From contig CAXXIN010000007.1 of the NCBI GenBank assembly GCA_963665275.2, positions 576,001 to 640,000 on the forward strand: a DNA stretch of 64,000 bases. The letters are read 5' to 3'. The translations under genes and the position numbers were made by a program. Below are positions 20,201 through 33,445 of this stretch, piece by piece. This stretch comes from Negativicutes bacterium (GTDB lineage: Bacteria > Bacillota > Negativicutes > UBA1444). Position 1 is the stretch's first letter, and every line of letters starts with the position of its first letter. The notes below the pieces were generated by a model, which was not told the DNA's origin, made no database searches, and was given only the letters and a program-made list of their open reading frames with translations.

Positions 20201-22436
20201 CCAAGGCTAATTTCGCGGCGTTTTGGCGCGAGTCGGAGAACAACAGAACCTTCTTCCCTTGATTAATTAGTTCTGACTTCGGAAGTTTTGGCGGCTGAAG
20301 TTCAAACTGCGCTTTTGTAAGATTGTAGAATGGCACATTGCCTTTTGTTGATAAATCCACAGGCTTCTTCAAAGGCATTGATTTTTTACACTTGGGACAA
20401 ACGCCAAAGTTGAACGACTGCGACTTCGAGTCAAATTGATTGCTATAGACAACGGCGAGCAAGCTTTCATCGTCGTGGGGAGACGCATAGAGTTTTCCCG
20501 TCAAAGGGTCAAGTGCACCGATTTTATCATTCTTTTTTTTCTGATAGTTTTTAGGAATTACATAGAGCAACATCTCTTCAAGAGAATTTGCATCGCCATT
20601 TAAGCCTCGTTGCGGGAATACATACCAATAGGGCTGTCCTTCGATTTTCTGCAAGAAGACGCGTAGATACAGTCCACCGCACTTAATGTGGTTAACTAGC
20701 TCATATATCCTTCCACCACATGAGCAGTTATCTCGCGGCATTGAGATAATTTTACCAAGAGGGAGTTTCTCGCTTACAGAATATTTTGCGCAGGTGCATT
20801 GGGGGTTAGAACATGCATATAGCCCTTGAATCCCTCGCAAGAACATATGAAGACGCACGGGGAAAAGAACATTTCCATCTTTCGCGGCAAGTGCCACCAA
20901 CGCTAATAGAGCGTCGAGCGCTTTTTCGGCATTAGAAGCATCGCCAAATATTATGTTCTTTATCTCATTGTATGACTTTGCGCCATCACGACACAATCGA
21001 TTCAATTTGACGAAAGCTTCGTATTGGGGGAGGTTGTCGTTAAGCCATTCTTGTGCTTGAGATGGGCTGATATCTTCCGGCAAATCATAACGGAAAACAG
21101 CTGTAGCGAAAGCCTTAATTCTGTTGGAAACTTCTTCACCTTGAACTTGATCGGAGCCAAGTGAGGCTAACGCATCAATATTTATCTTAACCGCATACTC
21201 TTCAGATATATGGTCTTTTGAGCCGACCAAAAACTCACAAAAGGATGCGTTCTTTCCTGTGAGCCCTGTGTAGAAGTCATTTATCGCAGTTTGCTCGCCT
21301 TGGGGCATACTTGCAGTAGTAAGGATAAACTGAACTCTATCCTTTGAAATCCCCAAACGGTAAAACAGACGTTCCAACAAGAGCGCGATTTCTCCACCGG
21401 CAGAGCCGCGATACATATGCGCTTCATCCAAAACTATGAGGAGCTTGTTATCCGCCGATTCATCAAGCCATTCTTTTGTCTTATCCCAGATGTTGGCTTC
21501 ACGCTGGCGCATGAGCATATACTCCAACATTGAGTAGTTCGTAATCAAGATGTCCGGCGGACACCCCTGCATCTCAAAGCGAGTAATGTACTCAGCGTCG
21601 TAAGGCGATGGGTTGTGAATGTTCTTCTCAAGATTTTCAACGAAAACTTGAAGTCCGTTTTTTCCATATCGGGCAGGGTATTTATTGATGCGCTTTAACC
21701 CACCTATGTTGTTGGTTTGCCTCCTTTGCACATCTTTATCGGCAGTTTCGTCAATTAAATAGTTTTCTCGAAAAGTCGCAGCCAATTCGCGGCTACTTGC
21801 AAGTTTTGCATCCCCGGAGTAAGGGGTTCTGCCTGTATACATCCCGAAATGAGGTATCCTTGTTGCCTGAGTATCTCTCATGAAAATGTCTTTGAACTGT
21901 TCACTACCGATAATTTTTCTAAATCTGGCCAATTGGTCGGAAACCAGAGCATTCATTGGATAAATGATGAGCGTTCGCACCGCTTCCTTTTTGAACGCTC
22001 TTGAACGATTTTTCGCTTCTCCGAAGCATTTAGCAATAATTGGCCAAAGGAAACATTCGGTTTTACCTGAACCGGTGCCGGTTGAAACGAAAAGGTCTCT
22101 GCCTGACAGGAAGAATTCCAGTGCCTTAACCTGATGTTCAAACGGGTCAGGGAATATTCCGAGATTCTCTTTAACAAGTTTTAGCAGAGAATCTTTTACT
22201 CCCTGTTCAATCTGCTGGGAGTTCCTGATCCCATCAACTATTTTCTTGTATGAAGCCGAAGTTTCAATGTATGGTTCGCGCGCAATGTTCGTATGCTCTG
22301 AGCATAGTTCCCCCAGAAGGTCATCGACATACAGCAACAGCGTTTCGCTGTTGGCCAAATAGTCGGACTTTATGTAATTCTCCAGCCTGTCCCTAATAGA
22401 CTTATAATATTGCTGAACCCCGTTTGAGCTATTCAT
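17205..22436 (-). CDS. Large SF2 DEAH helicase with C-terminal DUF1998-like domain (DruE-like)
   Basis: [67 protein letters not shown], several CxxC pairs, terminal [11 protein letters not shown]. Confidence 0.9.
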   Translation of the reverse strand: MNSSNGVQQYYKSIRDRLENYIKSDYLANSETLLLYVDDLLGELCSEHTNIAREPYIETSASYKKIVDGIRNSQQIEQGVKDSLLKLVKENLGIFPDPFEHQVKALEFFLSGRDLFVSTGTGSGKTECFLWPIIAKCFGEAKNRSRAFKKEAVRTLIIYPMNALVSDQLARFRKIIGSEQFKDIFMRDTQATRIPHFGMYTGRTPYSGDAKLASSRELAATFRENYLIDETADKDVQRRQTNNIGGLKRINKYPARYGKNGLQVFVENLEKNIHNPSPYDAEYITRFEMQGCPPDILITNYSMLEYMLMRQREANIWDKTKEWLDESADNKLLIVLDEAHMYRGSAGGEIALLLERLFYRLGISKDRVQFILTTASMPQGEQTAINDFYTGLTGKNASFCEFLVGSKDHISEEYAVKINIDALASLGSDQVQGEEVSNRIKAFATAVFRYDLPEDISPSQAQEWLNDNLPQYEAFVKLNRLCRDGAKSYNEIKNIIFGDASNAEKALDALLALVALAAKDGNVLFPVRLHMFLRGIQGLYACSNPQCTCAKYSVSEKLPLGKIISMPRDNCSCGGRIYELVNHIKCGGLYLRVFLQKIEGQPYWYVFPQRGLNGDANSLEEMLLYVIPKNYQKKKNDKIGALDPLTGKLYASPHDDESLLAVVYSNQFDSKSQSFNFGVCPKCKKSMPLKKPVDLSTKGNVPFYNLTKAQFELQPPKLPKSELINQGKKVLLFSDSRQNAAKLALDLSKSSDADAFRQAVMLASLLLQVDRNEHSLFDLYPAFLDVCIQNNLSFFSGTSKNKFRDDQRKFSIEKNRAERRGKSINYSAIAFEYQSLPEDYYEQLLTFFTESPRSFKDIGIGFLAPMQKELDDCVDDLLEDAGIGVDNSTLYQLLVLLFWDVMDDSAALGETIPDDVRKGLPGRSKAHEFGLSFDFAAALDKTFLQRIQERLCLDNTALVKTIDKVRDLFFASSSVGRFHIKLRAVKIKFADKDIIWFRCVRCGKLSPFKIGEYCGACFESTDLVAIGESDLSRFDFWRLPVLNALSKIDSIHTINTEEHTAQLSHKEIRSDTWSRTEKYEMRFQDINAGEKGEESIDVLSCTTTMEVGIDIGSLTAVGLRNIPPMRENYQQRAGRAGRKNAGISTIVTYASGGTHDSHYFLHPDEMISGSPRKPWIDRDNPKIKQRHVNMLALNGFMSTPDMSGQFDGIVDIGIISFCELYSENFIEFAETFAKSSKLSTDVTIVRFRKICQRVLAEGKRDEYINNDKETPAFDVFYREGFIPSYSFPKNVVRFFIEKESERGRNAPRDIQYAPERDIAVALSEYAPGRFVTIDKKKFKSGGLYANPRPRGFETNQAEFYFKNTDYYKDIYVCSECNWFGLEQEDSHQLVCPYCGVPIVKNKMLRPWGFSPVKGDEVKFEDEDEQYTYAEAPYYSYVPEDIRMEEFGRSNIRFANLPDRKVLTVNMGKSKNGFNVCRKCGGAEVAGTNSGAFSFSQPYHDSRPLCRHEGTVTTGIYLGYEFLTDMFMLDIFYDSSKLIGNSNAEEKSILRAAVTTLHEALKKSISLVLDIDYNEISGGWRPRIKSDGKSHIEMFFYDNLTSGAGYSSLIGSILDKVLDRARSILSECECSHSCKNCLDNYWNQRNHQFFDRHLGLQLLDYSQYGQLPDEYDDSEQEKYLVPLRKLISEDIGTPQPNPSVDFKVVPAIRKKLDNTRTKIYLNPYDLSDWLPNAFMTYRNLVCER

Positions 22437-23445
22437 CCACGCAGCCTCCCTTTACCTCGATGCCGATGTTGGTAAGCGCAGCAATTGCTTCCCGCAATAA
22501 GTCATTCCGTATCAAAAAGTTGACCTTGTCAAAAGCATTGTTCTCAGGCCAAGACAAAAGCAACAGGTAGTAGTATTCACGGTTGGGCAAGTGTCCCCCT
22601 ATTCTTATTTTTGAATACTCCTCGTCTTGCTTTGCAATGGTGGCTTTAAGGGGCTTTCCGTAATGCGCTTTTAAGGCAAAATACAGCCGCCTATACTCAT
22701 ACGAGGTAAAGCTGTCGTTCTGCGGTTCAACAGTTTCTTCAGCAAATTGCAGGGCATCGTCCACCAACATAACCCTATAAAATGGACCAATTTCACTTTT
22801 CCGAGCTACGGTGCAGTCTGTTTCCATCTTTTTCCCCCAAGACTGCGACGGAACATTGTTTGATTGGGGATTAAAGAACTCAAGCTCGGAAAGGCTGATG
22901 TCTCTGTCATAGAAATCTATAGAGTCAAACCGTGATTGAAAATACATTTCACGAGTTAAGTCGTCTCTAATCATAAACTCTTTCACAAAAACTCTGTATG
23001 CTGTGGGGCTTAAAAAAGCGCCTAGTCCGTTAACATTATAAGCTGAATTGGGCACTCCAAAGAACAACGCTGTATTCCCAAGCGGCAAGCTTCGCCCGTA
23101 GTTGGCTATTCGGTTGCGGTTACTGTTATCAGTCAGAAGATAACCAGTTTCCTCGTAGACCCTCCTGATGTGAACAGGGAAGTTCACCAGTTGATTTCCG
23201 GTGTCAATGAATCTTTCTGAGATAGGAGGAAACAATTCCACAAACCGCGCCATCAAGTCATTCAGCACGATTGTCTGGTTATGCTTTGTTGTTCCGATAA
23301 CGCCGCCCGATAAATTTTGCGCCGTGCAAAGGCACCACTGTCCAAGAGCTGAGTAGCAGAGCCTATAAACAAAGGAGTCTTCGGATTCGCCGCGAAAACT
23401 GCTGATGCCCATATCTGATGACATTGTGGTTAACAAATTATTCAT
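22429..23445 (-). CDS. Hypothetical protein, DruD-like in position and size
   Basis: 338 aa from the ATGA-coupled start at 23445; overlaps the helicase start; C-terminal [14 protein letters not shown]. Confidence 0.7.
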   Translation of the reverse strand: MNNLLTTMSSDMGISSFRGESEDSFVYRLCYSALGQWCLCTAQNLSGGVIGTTKHNQTIVLNDLMARFVELFPPISERFIDTGNQLVNFPVHIRRVYEETGYLLTDNSNRNRIANYGRSLPLGNTALFFGVPNSAYNVNGLGAFLSPTAYRVFVKEFMIRDDLTREMYFQSRFDSIDFYDRDISLSELEFFNPQSNNVPSQSWGKKMETDCTVARKSEIGPFYRVMLVDDALQFAEETVEPQNDSFTSYEYRRLYFALKAHYGKPLKATIAKQDEEYSKIRIGGHLPNREYYYLLLLSWPENNAFDKVNFLIRNDLLREAIAALTNIGIEVKGGCVDE

Positions 23446-25031
23446 CCCGCAAACCACCGCCTGAACAGATTCTTGTATTGACATCTTCCGGCATCTCCGG
23501 AATACTTAATCAACCGCTCGGACGTGTTATAAGGTGCAATCCGCATTACATCCACGCAGTAAGGTAAAATGTCGAATGCCAGTACACGGCATAAATCCAT
23601 TTCGGAGGATACATAAATGCACTTATGCTCGACCAAACTTCGACGAAAACCAAACTCGCTAAGCATATCTCTGAGCGATTGAGAATACCGTGTGCCCGGC
23701 AACACACATTGAAGGTTAGCCTCTTTTTCCTCGACCGTTGATGGATCTTCCGTTAAATCGGCATTGCCCAATAACGCTTCAATGCGATTAAGATTAAGAT
23801 AATGGCAATACCGCAAAAATTCTTCAGAAATATAGTATAAAGTTCTATCATAGGCGACCGTTAAGAAAATAATTTTATCCCTATGACGCTCAAATAGCGG
23901 TAATAGTTCAGTTTCATTAAAACTTCCGATGAAGTTATCCAAGCAAACAACGCGCCCGTCAATCGATAAGAATTTTTCTACATCTTGCGCCGAAAGGTCT
24001 TTGCAAAATGCAAGTGTCCTCACATTTGAAGTCGATACTAGCGCATTCGCGATGCACTTCATTAAGATCATGCCCACGCCCCGATTTATAACTACAGGTA
24101 CCCCTTGAAACAGGGTACAGCACAGATGCTCTTTCAATATGGCAAAGTATTCTGAGTTGCTTGGTACACCTAAGTTCTCTAAGTTGTATCCCAAATAATC
24201 CTTAAACTCATCCATATTATTGGGGCATTTTGGCTTTACAGCAGCTTCTTGTTGGGCTGCTTTGATATTTTGCTGTTTTTTCAATTCAGCTCTGATTTGG
24301 GCTTCAATTTGTTTTTTGCTGTCTATTATTTCTGTCAATTCTTTCCTAAGTTGCTGTATAATTTCTTCTCGATCATGTATTTTGGATTTGAAAGCCGCAA
24401 TTGATTCTTCGTTGCTTTGTATGGCGGCGCTCATTTTTTCAAGGCTTGCATTAGTACGTTTAAGGTCCTTAATCTCAGATGAACACTCATTAAGCTTTGT
24501 ACCAGTTCTAAACAATTCTAATTGAACATTTTCAAATTGTCCTTGCAACTTCTTTATTTCAGAAGCTTTGTCTTTTATCTCATTATCGAACTTCTCCCGC
24601 TTGCCATCGGAATCTTTAATAGCCTTTACTGCCACACTCAATAATGCAATGAATTCTTCCGAGTACTCTTCATTGACAAGTTTGAGAAACAAACCGATAT
24701 TGTCCGCAAAGAAACAGTTCGGCAATGTATGCAAAAGCGCAGCTTCTTTGCTATCGCCATCATCTATTCTTTGGGTTATGCATCCTTGAATCTCCTCCAT
24801 CCACCTACTAATATGTTTTTCAATGAAGGACGTGATAAAGGGCTGGTTGCGAAACCTATAGAGCAATGTATTTACTTGCGCCTGATTTTTCATGCTTGTT
24901 GCGCGGAATCCGGGCATAACTTTTGCGAAGTCTTTCGGGTAATGCTTGAAATAGCAAACCGATTCTTGAAGCGGGATTACTGAGCATATATAACGCACTT
25001 CGTCTTCGGTAAGTTGAGGAAGATACTTCAT
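23442..25031 (-). CDS. Hypothetical coiled-coil protein with possible degenerate ATPase domain (DruB-like)
   Basis: Long central heptad-rich region; VVCLDNF Walker-B-like; ATGA overlaps on both sides. Confidence 0.7.
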   Translation of the reverse strand: MKYLPQLTEDEVRYICSVIPLQESVCYFKHYPKDFAKVMPGFRATSMKNQAQVNTLLYRFRNQPFITSFIEKHISRWMEEIQGCITQRIDDGDSKEAALLHTLPNCFFADNIGLFLKLVNEEYSEEFIALLSVAVKAIKDSDGKREKFDNEIKDKASEIKKLQGQFENVQLELFRTGTKLNECSSEIKDLKRTNASLEKMSAAIQSNEESIAAFKSKIHDREEIIQQLRKELTEIIDSKKQIEAQIRAELKKQQNIKAAQQEAAVKPKCPNNMDEFKDYLGYNLENLGVPSNSEYFAILKEHLCCTLFQGVPVVINRGVGMILMKCIANALVSTSNVRTLAFCKDLSAQDVEKFLSIDGRVVCLDNFIGSFNETELLPLFERHRDKIIFLTVAYDRTLYYISEEFLRYCHYLNLNRIEALLGNADLTEDPSTVEEKEANLQCVLPGTRYSQSLRDMLSEFGFRRSLVEHKCIYVSSEMDLCRVLAFDILPYCVDVMRIAPYNTSERLIKYSGDAGRCQYKNLFRRWFAG

Positions 25032-26467
25032 ATCCGCCCCTCCATGATAAATTGTTTTGCGGCCGAGTTTATCAAACCATACGATTCACATTTTTCTATG
25101 TATTGAAAAGCGATTTCACTGAGATCGCATAAATCAAAAACATCTGCTGTGAAAGGTTCTGTTCGCCTGTAATGAGAGATCAGGTCGTTGAGCAACTGCT
25201 CACCAATCAATTCATTATGTTGCCGAGGGTAAATACAACCGTCAAGATAGCTAAACATATAGCGCCTTATTACACATCCCGGAAATAGTGAAATGGACTG
25301 TCCTTTGCTCACAGGCGTAACGCCGGAGCGGCTGAACAAGTAGTGTTTGCTGTCATTCGACACATTATATACGCTTTCATATCTTTCCGCTATTTGAAAG
25401 TCGTCAAAGCCGATAGAGTGTTGTTCGCCCTTGGCAATTATAATCTCGACATTATTTTTGCACACTTTTGTTTGTGCCTTAACCGACACTCTTGAAATAC
25501 TACTTGAAACCTTCTCAATATCTTCGGAATGGGCATTTATATTGCCGTGAGCTTGCAGTGCAAAACTCGAATACAAAAAGACGTTATTGGATTCGATTAC
25601 TGCAACGTCTTCGACCTGTACCGCCGGCGGCCATAATAGGGTCAGCGTTTCGGAGGCTTCTAGCTGATAACCCCACGCTGCCACTAATGAATCCATATAG
25701 GCAGTCTTGCTCTTGAATATCAAATTTTTACCTAAAAAATTCCTTCCCATCGTTTGGAATTGAAATGTTTCATCCACTTTAATCTCGTTTGGCAGGCTAC
25801 TATCATAAGGTATCGAATATTGGCTTTGAAATGCAACGAAATATTGCACATTTGTGTACAACACAGTACTGCGAACCAGCTTTGCTTTATAGTTTTCATC
25901 ATTTCCTTGTATCTTAAAAAAAATGGGCGCATTGGTATCGAAAGATCGAAAAACCTCGTACTTCCGTTTAATCCCATTAAAAGTGTTCGATAAGAAATAA
26001 TTATGAGAGAAACGCATAATGTAAATCGGCGTGGGGGCATTTGGTGCAAAATTCTTATGGTTAATCAGCAATGAATCAAAAGGTTGTTCTTGAGCAGAAG
26101 CCCTCAACTCAAACCTAGTTGATAACTGCTCATAAGCAATTATCTCATCATCGCTAAAACTAAGTCCCAGATAAAACATCTTGGAACGCTTGTCAAAATA
26201 AAATTCCGCTCTCTCATTCTTGCTTTTCCTCGAATGTGGTTCTGTGCTTATTGCGCTGTATTGCCCGAGATAATCTTCACATCCTACATCATTGTTGCCG
26301 CTACGATGCCTAAAATGCGGAATCATGCTTATGCTTCCCACAGCAGCAATGCGGACTTCCTCGCCGCAATGAGCGCACTCGTAACGATACCGTTCCAGAC
26401 CACCACTTTGGGCGGCCAACTCCGCAGATACTTCGGATTGAAGAAAAGTATCATACGCCTTTCGCAT
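25028..26467 (-). CDS. Hypothetical protein with N-terminal zinc finger
   Basis: YECAHCGEEV..PHFRH..C motif; start placed at MRKAYD after GGGAG. Confidence 0.7.
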   Translation of the reverse strand: MRKAYDTFLQSEVSAELAAQSGGLERYRYECAHCGEEVRIAAVGSISMIPHFRHRSGNNDVGCEDYLGQYSAISTEPHSRKSKNERAEFYFDKRSKMFYLGLSFSDDEIIAYEQLSTRFELRASAQEQPFDSLLINHKNFAPNAPTPIYIMRFSHNYFLSNTFNGIKRKYEVFRSFDTNAPIFFKIQGNDENYKAKLVRSTVLYTNVQYFVAFQSQYSIPYDSSLPNEIKVDETFQFQTMGRNFLGKNLIFKSKTAYMDSLVAAWGYQLEASETLTLLWPPAVQVEDVAVIESNNVFLYSSFALQAHGNINAHSEDIEKVSSSISRVSVKAQTKVCKNNVEIIIAKGEQHSIGFDDFQIAERYESVYNVSNDSKHYLFSRSGVTPVSKGQSISLFPGCVIRRYMFSYLDGCIYPRQHNELIGEQLLNDLISHYRRTEPFTADVFDLCDLSEIAFQYIEKCESYGLINSAAKQFIMEGRI

Positions 26468-26738
26468 TCCCGCAACACTCCCATTCAATAAAATGATGGT
26501 TAGAAATTGCCAGCTTTCTCCAGCGTTTTGTAAGTCAAGTGGGGAGAAAATTACTGTACTTACCATTATTTACTCTTCCATACTTTTCCGCGAATCCCTC
26601 CCAAATTCCGCCAATTTATCGATTTTCGCGTATTCGTAGACCCCGGGGGTCGGAAAAATCGCCTGAACCTAAGTCCAGGCGAACATAAATCTAACCTATT
26701 CGAAATACCCCAAGGCCGCGAAGCCTTATTATTCGCGC

Positions 26739-28139
26739 CTACTGCTTCTCTATCAACGCTATGCACTCCACATGATACGTCTGCGGAAACATGTCGACAG
26801 GCTGGATCTCGCTTGCCCGATACCCCATCGGTTCGAGCAATGCCAAGTCTCTGGCCAAGGTCGCCGGATTGCAGGACACATACACCATACGAACCGGTGC
26901 CATCTCTGCTGCCGTTCGCAGAACAATCTCGTCACAGCCAGCCCGCGGTGGATCGAGAACAATCACATCGGGGCGAACCCCTGCGTTCTTCAATTCAACG
27001 ATTTTTTCCGCCACATCTCCGGCGATGAACGAAACATTGCCAATTCGATTGGCCGCCGCATTACGTTCGGCGTCAGCCACAGCTGCTGTCGAATATTCAA
27101 TCCCATAGACCTCTGCAGCGCGTTCCGCCAGAAATAAGCTGATTGTCCCTGTGCCGCTGTATAGGTCAAACACCGTTTCACTGCCGGTAAGCTTAGCTTT
27201 CGCAACCGCCTCTTCATATAGAACTTGCGTCTGGATAGCATTCACTTGAAAAAAAGACTCTGCAGAAATTTGAAAAGAAAAATGTCCAATTTTATCGTGA
27301 ATTACTGGCGCTCCCCACAAAACATGCGTTTCTTTTCCGAGAATCACGTTCGTTCGGGCGGAGTTGATATTCTGCTGGATGGACGTCAATTCCGGCATCG
27401 CCGCCTTCAGTCGTCGGACCAGTTCCGCATTTCCCGGGAAATCCTGCGTTGCCGTCACCAGCACCGCCATTACTTCTCCGGTTGCGATTCCGACTCGCCC
27501 CATAACATGGCGCAAGACACCCTGCCCGGTTTTTTCATCATAGGGATGGACACCGACTGCCGCGGCAATCCGGCGGACTTCAACCAGCAATCGATCATTG
27601 AGCGCATGCTGAATCAGGCAGCTTTCCGTCGGGACGATTGCATGACTCCCCGCAGCAAAACAGCCGGCGACGATCTCCGATCCACTATATCCGACTGGGA
27701 ACTGCGCCTTGTTCCGATAACGCCAGGGTTCTGCCATTCCCAGAACGGGGTTGATTTTTACGTCCGTCAATTTACCGATCCTCTGTATCGCATCCTGCAC
27801 GGACTGAAATTTTGCCGACAGCTGCCCAGCGTATGAAAGATGCTGCAACTGACAGCCGCCGCAAGCCTCATATACCGGGCATGGTGGAGTGACCCTTTTG
27901 GAGTCGGGCTGTTCAACGCGCAGCAATCGTCCCCGTGCAAAATTGGCGCGCACTTCCTCGATCACGACCATCACCGTCTCACCTGGCAAAGCATAGCGGA
28001 CAAAAACAGTAAAGTTTTCGGCTCGCCCCACGCCTTCGCCGGAGTGGCCCAATCCGGTAATCGGAAAAGTATAAGTCCGGCCGAGTTGAACCGGTCGGAC
28101 TTTTTCGTTTGAATTCAGGAATTTTCGATTGCGGGACAT
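26739..28139 (-). CDS. rlmD: 23S rRNA m5U1939 methyltransferase
   Basis: TRAM domain, CGGCQLQH, YRNK, SFFQVN, DLYSGTGTI, LDPPRAG, YVSCNPATLARD, DMFPQTYHVE. Confidence 0.95.
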   Translation of the reverse strand: MSRNRKFLNSNEKVRPVQLGRTYTFPITGLGHSGEGVGRAENFTVFVRYALPGETVMVVIEEVRANFARGRLLRVEQPDSKRVTPPCPVYEACGGCQLQHLSYAGQLSAKFQSVQDAIQRIGKLTDVKINPVLGMAEPWRYRNKAQFPVGYSGSEIVAGCFAAGSHAIVPTESCLIQHALNDRLLVEVRRIAAAVGVHPYDEKTGQGVLRHVMGRVGIATGEVMAVLVTATQDFPGNAELVRRLKAAMPELTSIQQNINSARTNVILGKETHVLWGAPVIHDKIGHFSFQISAESFFQVNAIQTQVLYEEAVAKAKLTGSETVFDLYSGTGTISLFLAERAAEVYGIEYSTAAVADAERNAAANRIGNVSFIAGDVAEKIVELKNAGVRPDVIVLDPPRAGCDEIVLRTAAEMAPVRMVYVSCNPATLARDLALLEPMGYRASEIQPVDMFPQTYHVECIALIEKQ

Positions 28140-28155
28140 ATCTAGTGAACTCCTC

Positions 28156-29598
28156 TTACTTCGCGGTGAGCTTTTCTTTGAGAATCCGATTTACCACTTC
28201 CGGGTTGGCCCGTCCTTTGGTCTGGCGCATGATCTGTCCCACCAGGAATCCGATGGCTTTTTCCTTGCCGGCGTTGAAATCCACGACCGACTGAGGATTG
28301 GCTGCGATCACTGCTTCGACGATGCTGCCAAGTTCGCCCTCGTCACTCATCTGAACCAAGCCCTGTTCTTTGATGATGACCCCGGCGGTTTTTCCTTCGG
28401 TCCACATGGATTCGAATACCGACTTGGCAATCTTACCGGAAATCGTTCCTTTGTCGATCAAAGCAATCATTTCCGCCAGATTGGCCGGTGATACAGGGCA
28501 ATTTCGAATATCCAACGAGCAGGCGTTCAAATGCTTTGATACTTCACCCATCAGCCAGTTGGCTGCTGCTTTGGCATCCACTCCCGCTGCGATGAGTGCG
28601 TCAAAATAATCTGCCATGGGCCGCGCCGCAGTGATGACTTCCGCATCGTAAGCGGAAAGCCCGTGGTTGGCTATGAGACGTTCTTTGCGGGCATCCGGCA
28701 GTTCGGGCAATGCCTGACGAATTTTCTCAACCCACGCAGGATCAACGATGATCGGAACCAAGTCAGGTTCGGGGAAGTAGCGGTAGTCCTGCGCCTGTTC
28801 CTTGTTGCGCATGGATAAGGTGATCCCGCGGTTATCATCCCAGGTTCGCGTCTCCTGAATGATGCGTCCACCTTCTGAGAGAACCTCGTCCTGCCGTTCC
28901 TGTTCATACTCAAGTGCCCGTTGTACGGCTTTGAACGAATTGACATTCTTGACTTCAGCCTTGGTGCCTAGCTTCTCCTGCCCGACCGGCCGCAGGGAAA
29001 TATTCGCATCGCAACGCAGACTGCCTTCTTCCATCTTGCAGTCGGATACATCGATATAGCTAAGAATGCTCTTAATCTTTTCCAGATAGGCCTTGGCTTC
29101 TTCCGGAGTCCGAATATCAGGCTCAGACACAATCTCAAGCAGAGGAACGCCGGTACGGTTATAGTCCACCAGCGCATATTCCGAGTTGGAGATGGTGCCG
29201 GAATGAATGAGCTTTCCAGCATCTTCTTCCATGTGTACCCGGGTAATTCCGATTCGCCTGGTCTCGCCGTTGACTTCGATATCGAGGTACCCGCCTTCGC
29301 AAATCGGCAGATCATATTGTGATGTCTGGAAGTTCTTCGGTAAATCCGGATAATAGTAATTTTTGCGGTCAAATTTGCTATAGGGAGAAATCTTGCAATT
29401 CAAGGCGATCCCGGTGCGAACTGCGAATTCTAGTACTTTTTCATTCAGTACTGGCAAGACTCCCGGTAAGCCGAGGCAGACCGGACATACGTGGGTGTTT
29501 TGCTCGCCGCCGAATTCGGTGGTGCAGCCGCAAAAGATCTTGGAAGCGGTCTTTAATTCCGTATGAACCTCCAACCCGATTACTGTTTCAAACTGCAT
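28156..29598 (-). CDS. gatB: Asp/Glu-tRNA amidotransferase subunit B
   Basis: [41 protein letters not shown]. Confidence 0.98.
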   Translation of the reverse strand: MQFETVIGLEVHTELKTASKIFCGCTTEFGGEQNTHVCPVCLGLPGVLPVLNEKVLEFAVRTGIALNCKISPYSKFDRKNYYYPDLPKNFQTSQYDLPICEGGYLDIEVNGETRRIGITRVHMEEDAGKLIHSGTISNSEYALVDYNRTGVPLLEIVSEPDIRTPEEAKAYLEKIKSILSYIDVSDCKMEEGSLRCDANISLRPVGQEKLGTKAEVKNVNSFKAVQRALEYEQERQDEVLSEGGRIIQETRTWDDNRGITLSMRNKEQAQDYRYFPEPDLVPIIVDPAWVEKIRQALPELPDARKERLIANHGLSAYDAEVITAARPMADYFDALIAAGVDAKAAANWLMGEVSKHLNACSLDIRNCPVSPANLAEMIALIDKGTISGKIAKSVFESMWTEGKTAGVIIKEQGLVQMSDEGELGSIVEAVIAANPQSVVDFNAGKEKAIGFLVGQIMRQTKGRANPEVVNRILKEKLTAK

Positions 29599-29600
29599 GT

Positions 29601-31067
29601 TCAGTCCACCTCCCGGATTGAAGCCATCTGCTTGTGATAATCATGAGCCTGTTCAAAGGTATAAGCTACCTGCAAAATTTTCTCTTCCGACAGATGCGGC
29701 CCGATGATCTGCATGCCAATCGGCAACCCGCCGGCAAAACCGCACGGCAGGGACAACGCTGGGACACCTGCGAGATTGATGGGAATGGTGCAAACATCCA
29801 TGAGGTACATCGCCAATGGATCTTCGATTTTATCTCCCACCTTGAATGCCGTGGTCGGGGCCGTAGGAGCGATCAGCACATCCACTTTATCAAATACCTT
29901 ATCAAAATCCTGCTTGATCAAGGCCCGGACCTTCAACGCTTTCAAATAGTAAGCATCATAGTAACCCGAGCTCAGTGCATAAGTTCCGAGCATGATACGG
30001 CGCTGAACCTCCGGACCGAAGCCCTCCGCCCGCGTGCGCTTGTACATCGAGATAATATCGTTGCCTGCGCCTCGATGCCCGAACCCGACGCCATCATAAC
30101 GGCCCAGATTGGAACTGGCTTCCGCAGTTGCGATCAAATAGTACGTCGCCAAGGCATATTGAGTATTCGGCATCGATACTTCGACCAGTTCAGCGCCCAT
30201 CGCCACAAGTTCATCAATGGAACGGCGAATGGCGGTTTCCACTTCCGGCTGCATTCCAGCTACGAAGTATTCACGTGGCAGCCCGATTTTCAAGCCTTTG
30301 ACGCCGGTGCCGAGATTCTTGGTGTAGTCGGGAACCGGTATATCAATAGAAGTTGAATCGCGACGATCATGACCGCTGATAGCCCCGAGCACCAGCGCGC
30401 AGTCCCTGACATCCCGGGCAAACGGCCCGATCTGATCCAGCGACGAGGCGTAAGCAACGAGTCCGTAACGGGAAACACGGCCATAGGTAGGTTTCAAACC
30501 GACGATACCGCAGTAGGCCGCAGGCAATCGGATGGATCCGCCTGTATCGGACCCCAGAGACCAAATAGCCTCTCCGGCTGCAACCGCCGCGCCCGACCCA
30601 CCACTGGAACCACCAGGAACACAGTCCGTATCCCAAGGGTTCCGCGTGGTAAAAAAGCCGGAATTCTCGGTTGAAGATCCCATGGCAAATTCGTCCAGAT
30701 TCGCCTTCCCAACGATTACGGCATCGGCTGCCGCCAGTTTCTCCGTAACCGTAGCATCATACGGCGGCACAAAATTGGCCAGAATTTTTGATGCGCAAGT
30801 CGTTTTCGTTCCCTTGGTGCACATATTGTCTTTCAACGCGCCGGGAATTCCAGCCAGCGGCGAAACCACCTCGCCCCGCGCGATTTTTTCATCAACGGTT
30901 TTCGCCTTGGCGATAGCTGCTTCAGACGTCCGGGTAATGAAAGACCGAATGACCGAATCCGCTTTATCTGTCCGATCGAGTACCGACCGGGTGATTTCCA
31001 CCGCACTCACTTCGCGTCGGGTTAGTTTTTCATGCAATTCATGTGCTTTAAGCCTAAAGAGATCCAT
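29601..31067 (-). CDS. gatA: Asp/Glu-tRNA amidotransferase subunit A
   Basis: Amidase signature [29 protein letters not shown]. Confidence 0.98.
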   Translation of the reverse strand: MDLFRLKAHELHEKLTRREVSAVEITRSVLDRTDKADSVIRSFITRTSEAAIAKAKTVDEKIARGEVVSPLAGIPGALKDNMCTKGTKTTCASKILANFVPPYDATVTEKLAAADAVIVGKANLDEFAMGSSTENSGFFTTRNPWDTDCVPGGSSGGSGAAVAAGEAIWSLGSDTGGSIRLPAAYCGIVGLKPTYGRVSRYGLVAYASSLDQIGPFARDVRDCALVLGAISGHDRRDSTSIDIPVPDYTKNLGTGVKGLKIGLPREYFVAGMQPEVETAIRRSIDELVAMGAELVEVSMPNTQYALATYYLIATAEASSNLGRYDGVGFGHRGAGNDIISMYKRTRAEGFGPEVQRRIMLGTYALSSGYYDAYYLKALKVRALIKQDFDKVFDKVDVLIAPTAPTTAFKVGDKIEDPLAMYLMDVCTIPINLAGVPALSLPCGFAGGLPIGMQIIGPHLSEEKILQVAYTFEQAHDYHKQMASIREVD

Positions 31068-31081
31068 TCCCGCTCCCCCCA

Positions 31082-31369
31082 CTATTCCACGATTTTCGGC
31101 ACTTTGAAGAAACCGTTCTCCGGTTCCGGTGCGTTTTGCAGTGCTTCTTCCTGCGACAGGGAAGGTTGAACGACATCAGGCCGCATCACATTTCGCACAT
31201 CCAGTACATGGGCCATCGGCTCAACTCCCGTAGTATCGACTTGATTCAAAACATCGATATATTCGAGAATCGCATCCAGCTGTCCCGTATACTTGTCGAG
31301 GTCTTTCTCCGAAAGCTCGAGACGCGACAACAGCGCCACGTGCTCTACATCTTTGCGGTTCAGTTTCAT
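31082..31369 (-). CDS. gatC: Asp/Glu-tRNA amidotransferase subunit C
   Basis: [29 protein letters not shown]. Confidence 0.97.
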   Translation of the reverse strand: MKLNRKDVEHVALLSRLELSEKDLDKYTGQLDAILEYIDVLNQVDTTGVEPMAHVLDVRNVMRPDVVQPSLSQEEALQNAPEPENGFFKVPKIVE

Positions 31370-31399
31370 TTCGCCACCACCTAGTTCATTATTAGTGTA

Positions 31400-33445
<2,046 letters not shown>

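Larger units (their letters stand above)
6010..26740 (-). mobile_element. Integrative element/genomic island at the rlmD 3' end (tandem serine recombinases, primase-helicase, defence cargo)
   Basis: Starts right after the rlmD stop; recombinases at the distal end; cargo visibly AT-richer than the flanks; left boundary and att sites not identified. Confidence 0.8.

Noticed and set aside
26655-26730. Hairpins just downstream of rlmD (TCGCCTG..CAGGCGA; AAGGC..GCCTT)
   Set aside because: Could be terminator or att-arm features, but nothing distinguishes these options.
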